Shown here: positions 62,341 through 64,000 of the stretch, one piece after another | Numbering within the stretch: position 1 is the first letter of the stretch | Layout: every line of letters begins with the position of its first letter | Program-made: the position numbers and the translations under genes | The notes under the pieces: model-generated | The model's input: the letters and a program-made list of their open reading frames with translations, nothing else | What the model was told of the DNA's origin: nothing | The model's database searches: none | DNA from: Vitrella brassicaformis CCMP3155 | Taxonomy: Eukaryota; Protista; Chromerida | Reading direction: 5' to 3' | Length of the DNA stretch: 64,000 nucleotides | Assembly (NCBI GenBank): GCA_001179505.1 | Contig: CDMY01000061.1 | Span: forward strand, 124,001 to 188,000

Positions 62341-63911
62341 TGTTGAAGTTGCTGTGTGCCGAACACACACCGTGGTCAGAAGGATCAGACGGAGCCCTCG
62401 AATCTCGCCTTAATTTCGCCCTCACGCCAACAGCATCACACAGAGGTCCGCGTCAGAGTCCACATCATCAAGAGCACGGCAAAGAACAGACAGAGTCCGG
62501 GCTATATACAACCGGGAAAACCCTGCTGGTGACGGGCACGCTATCGTCTACCAGCGCCAGGGTGGAGATGGCAGGCACATCTCCCTCCGCTTCAGNNNNN
62601 NNNNNNNNNNNNNNNNNNNNNNNNNNNNNNNNNNNNNNNNNNNNNNNNNNNNNNNNNNNNNNNNNNNNNNNNNNNNNNNNNNNNNNNNNNNNNNNNNNNN
62701 NNNNNNNNNNNNNNNNNNNNNNNNNNNNNNNNNNNNNNNNNNNNNNNNNNNNNNNNNNNNNNNNNNNNNNNNNNNNNNNNNNNNNNNNNNNNNNNNNNNN
62801 NNNNNNNNNNNNNNNNNNNNNNNNNNNNNNNNNNNNNNNNNNNNNNNNNNNNNNNNNNNNNNNNNNNNNNNNNNNNNNNNNNNNNNNNNNNNNNNGCACT
62901 CAATCCATCTCTCCCACCCAGTCAGTTTGATGGTGAGTATGATTTGATATATGAGTTGCATGAGATGGAGCAGTGGGTGCTTGACGCTGACTTCTCAGAC
63001 TAGCAGCTACATGGGTTCCATGGGAAGGGCAGATAGGCCTTGTGCATGCATTCTGCATGTGCCGGTTGCCTGTTTGGTGTGTGCTGTGGACAGAGAAGAT
63101 GCCTGGTTGCGCCGGAAGGTAGCGCCGGGCTTAGGGACAGGTGTCTCGTCAAACCCTTAACCGACCTACCGACGGCTTTGTGGTCTTTCATCCCGGCCCT
63201 TGTGCAAGGTGAGTTGGGCAGACGGAGGAAGGGCTTTCGGTTCATGACGGCCGAAGATGCCTGTTGGCTTTGGCGGGTGAAAGTTTCAAGTTGGACCTAC
63301 TTTACTGGAGCTTCTCTTTGTGTCTCGAATGGCCGAAGGTAGGCTGGGTCCCGTCTGCGAAATGTTGTCTGGGGTAGACGGATCTCTGAAAGGCGGACCC
63401 CACGGATCCGGAATCTTCCTTGCCTGAGCCTTGCCGCTGATCCGAAGGCCTCGGGTATCTCCCTGGGGGGATGCAGCCGGTGGCTGTTGTAAGTGCTACG
63501 TATGTGCCCGTGGGGAGAAGAGACGCCTGGCTGACGGCAATATTTTGAAAGGGCTGCAAGGATCGCCCTCGAGAGCGCTTTCAGGCAGTGTGCCTGGTGT
63601 GCTGCTGCAGTAAGCGATCTGCTGGAGGATGCACGGTTGGCGGCATTGTCATTCATTGTTGAAGTTGCTGTGTGCCGAACACACACCGTGGTCAGAAGGA
63701 TCAGACGGAGCCCTCGAATCTCGCCTTAATTTCGCCCTCACGCCAACAGCATCACACAGAGGTCCGCGTCAGAGTCCACATCATCAAGAGCACGGCAAAG
63801 AACAGACAGAGTCCGGGCTATATACAACCGGGAAAACCCTGCTGGTGACGGGCACGCTATCGTCTCCCAGCGCCAGGGTGGAGATGGCAGGCACATCTCC
63901 CTCCGCTTCAG
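62341..63911 (+). repeat. Direct repeat of at least 255 bp (62341-62595 and 63657-63911) starting with TGTTG
   Basis: The copies are identical except for one visible substitution (ctaccag/ctcccag). The left boundary is sharp with unrelated flanks, and the left copy is cut by the N gap. Confidence 0.92.
63130..63162 (+). other. Conserved 33-bp non-coding element, copy 2
   Basis: cttagggacaggtgtctcgtcaaacccttaacc, 31/33 identical to 22456-22488. Confidence 0.85.
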
Positions 63912-64000
63912 CAGCACTGCTCTACTCGTACGCTACTGTGCGGCGACAGGCACGTCCTCTCTCATCAGTGGCTCACCAGCAAAGAACTGCGCAAGCAGAG

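Overview
Eukaryotic, GC-rich, intron-dense genomic DNA. Introns and 3' spacers are full of microsatellites ((GT)n, (GACA)n, (GGAT)n, (GAGT)n), and there are six 300-N placeholder gaps. Intron style, bipartite plastid-type leaders and gene content suggest a chromerid alveolate such as Vitrella brassicaformis; this is inference, not a database result. About 24 spliced protein-coding loci are supported. Confident calls: DGAT2, a FDWDDT HAD-family protein, ChaN/DUF399, GPC1-type acyltransferase, NSUN5, DUF4079, MetAP2, EME1-like, two inverted GDPD paralogs, PhoD, DUF1826, GCP4, SPRYD7-like, TECR, mitochondrial uL3 and ribokinase. Twenty of the gene models form ten head-to-head pairs with 179-366 bp between start codons. 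Main leads: (1) a GTSF1/Asterix-like tandem-CHHC zinc-finger protein with WG/GW and RGG motifs; (2) a fold-back GDPD pair centred on a 21-bp hairpin next to a secreted PhoD, a candidate phosphate-scavenging cluster; (3) a membrane-anchored protein with two DOT1-like methyltransferase domains; (4) an in-frame coding-like extension beyond a TAG; (5) several unexplained repeated non-coding elements. No rRNA, tRNA or CRISPR array was recognised. Gene coordinates are outer bounds of hand-spliced models.
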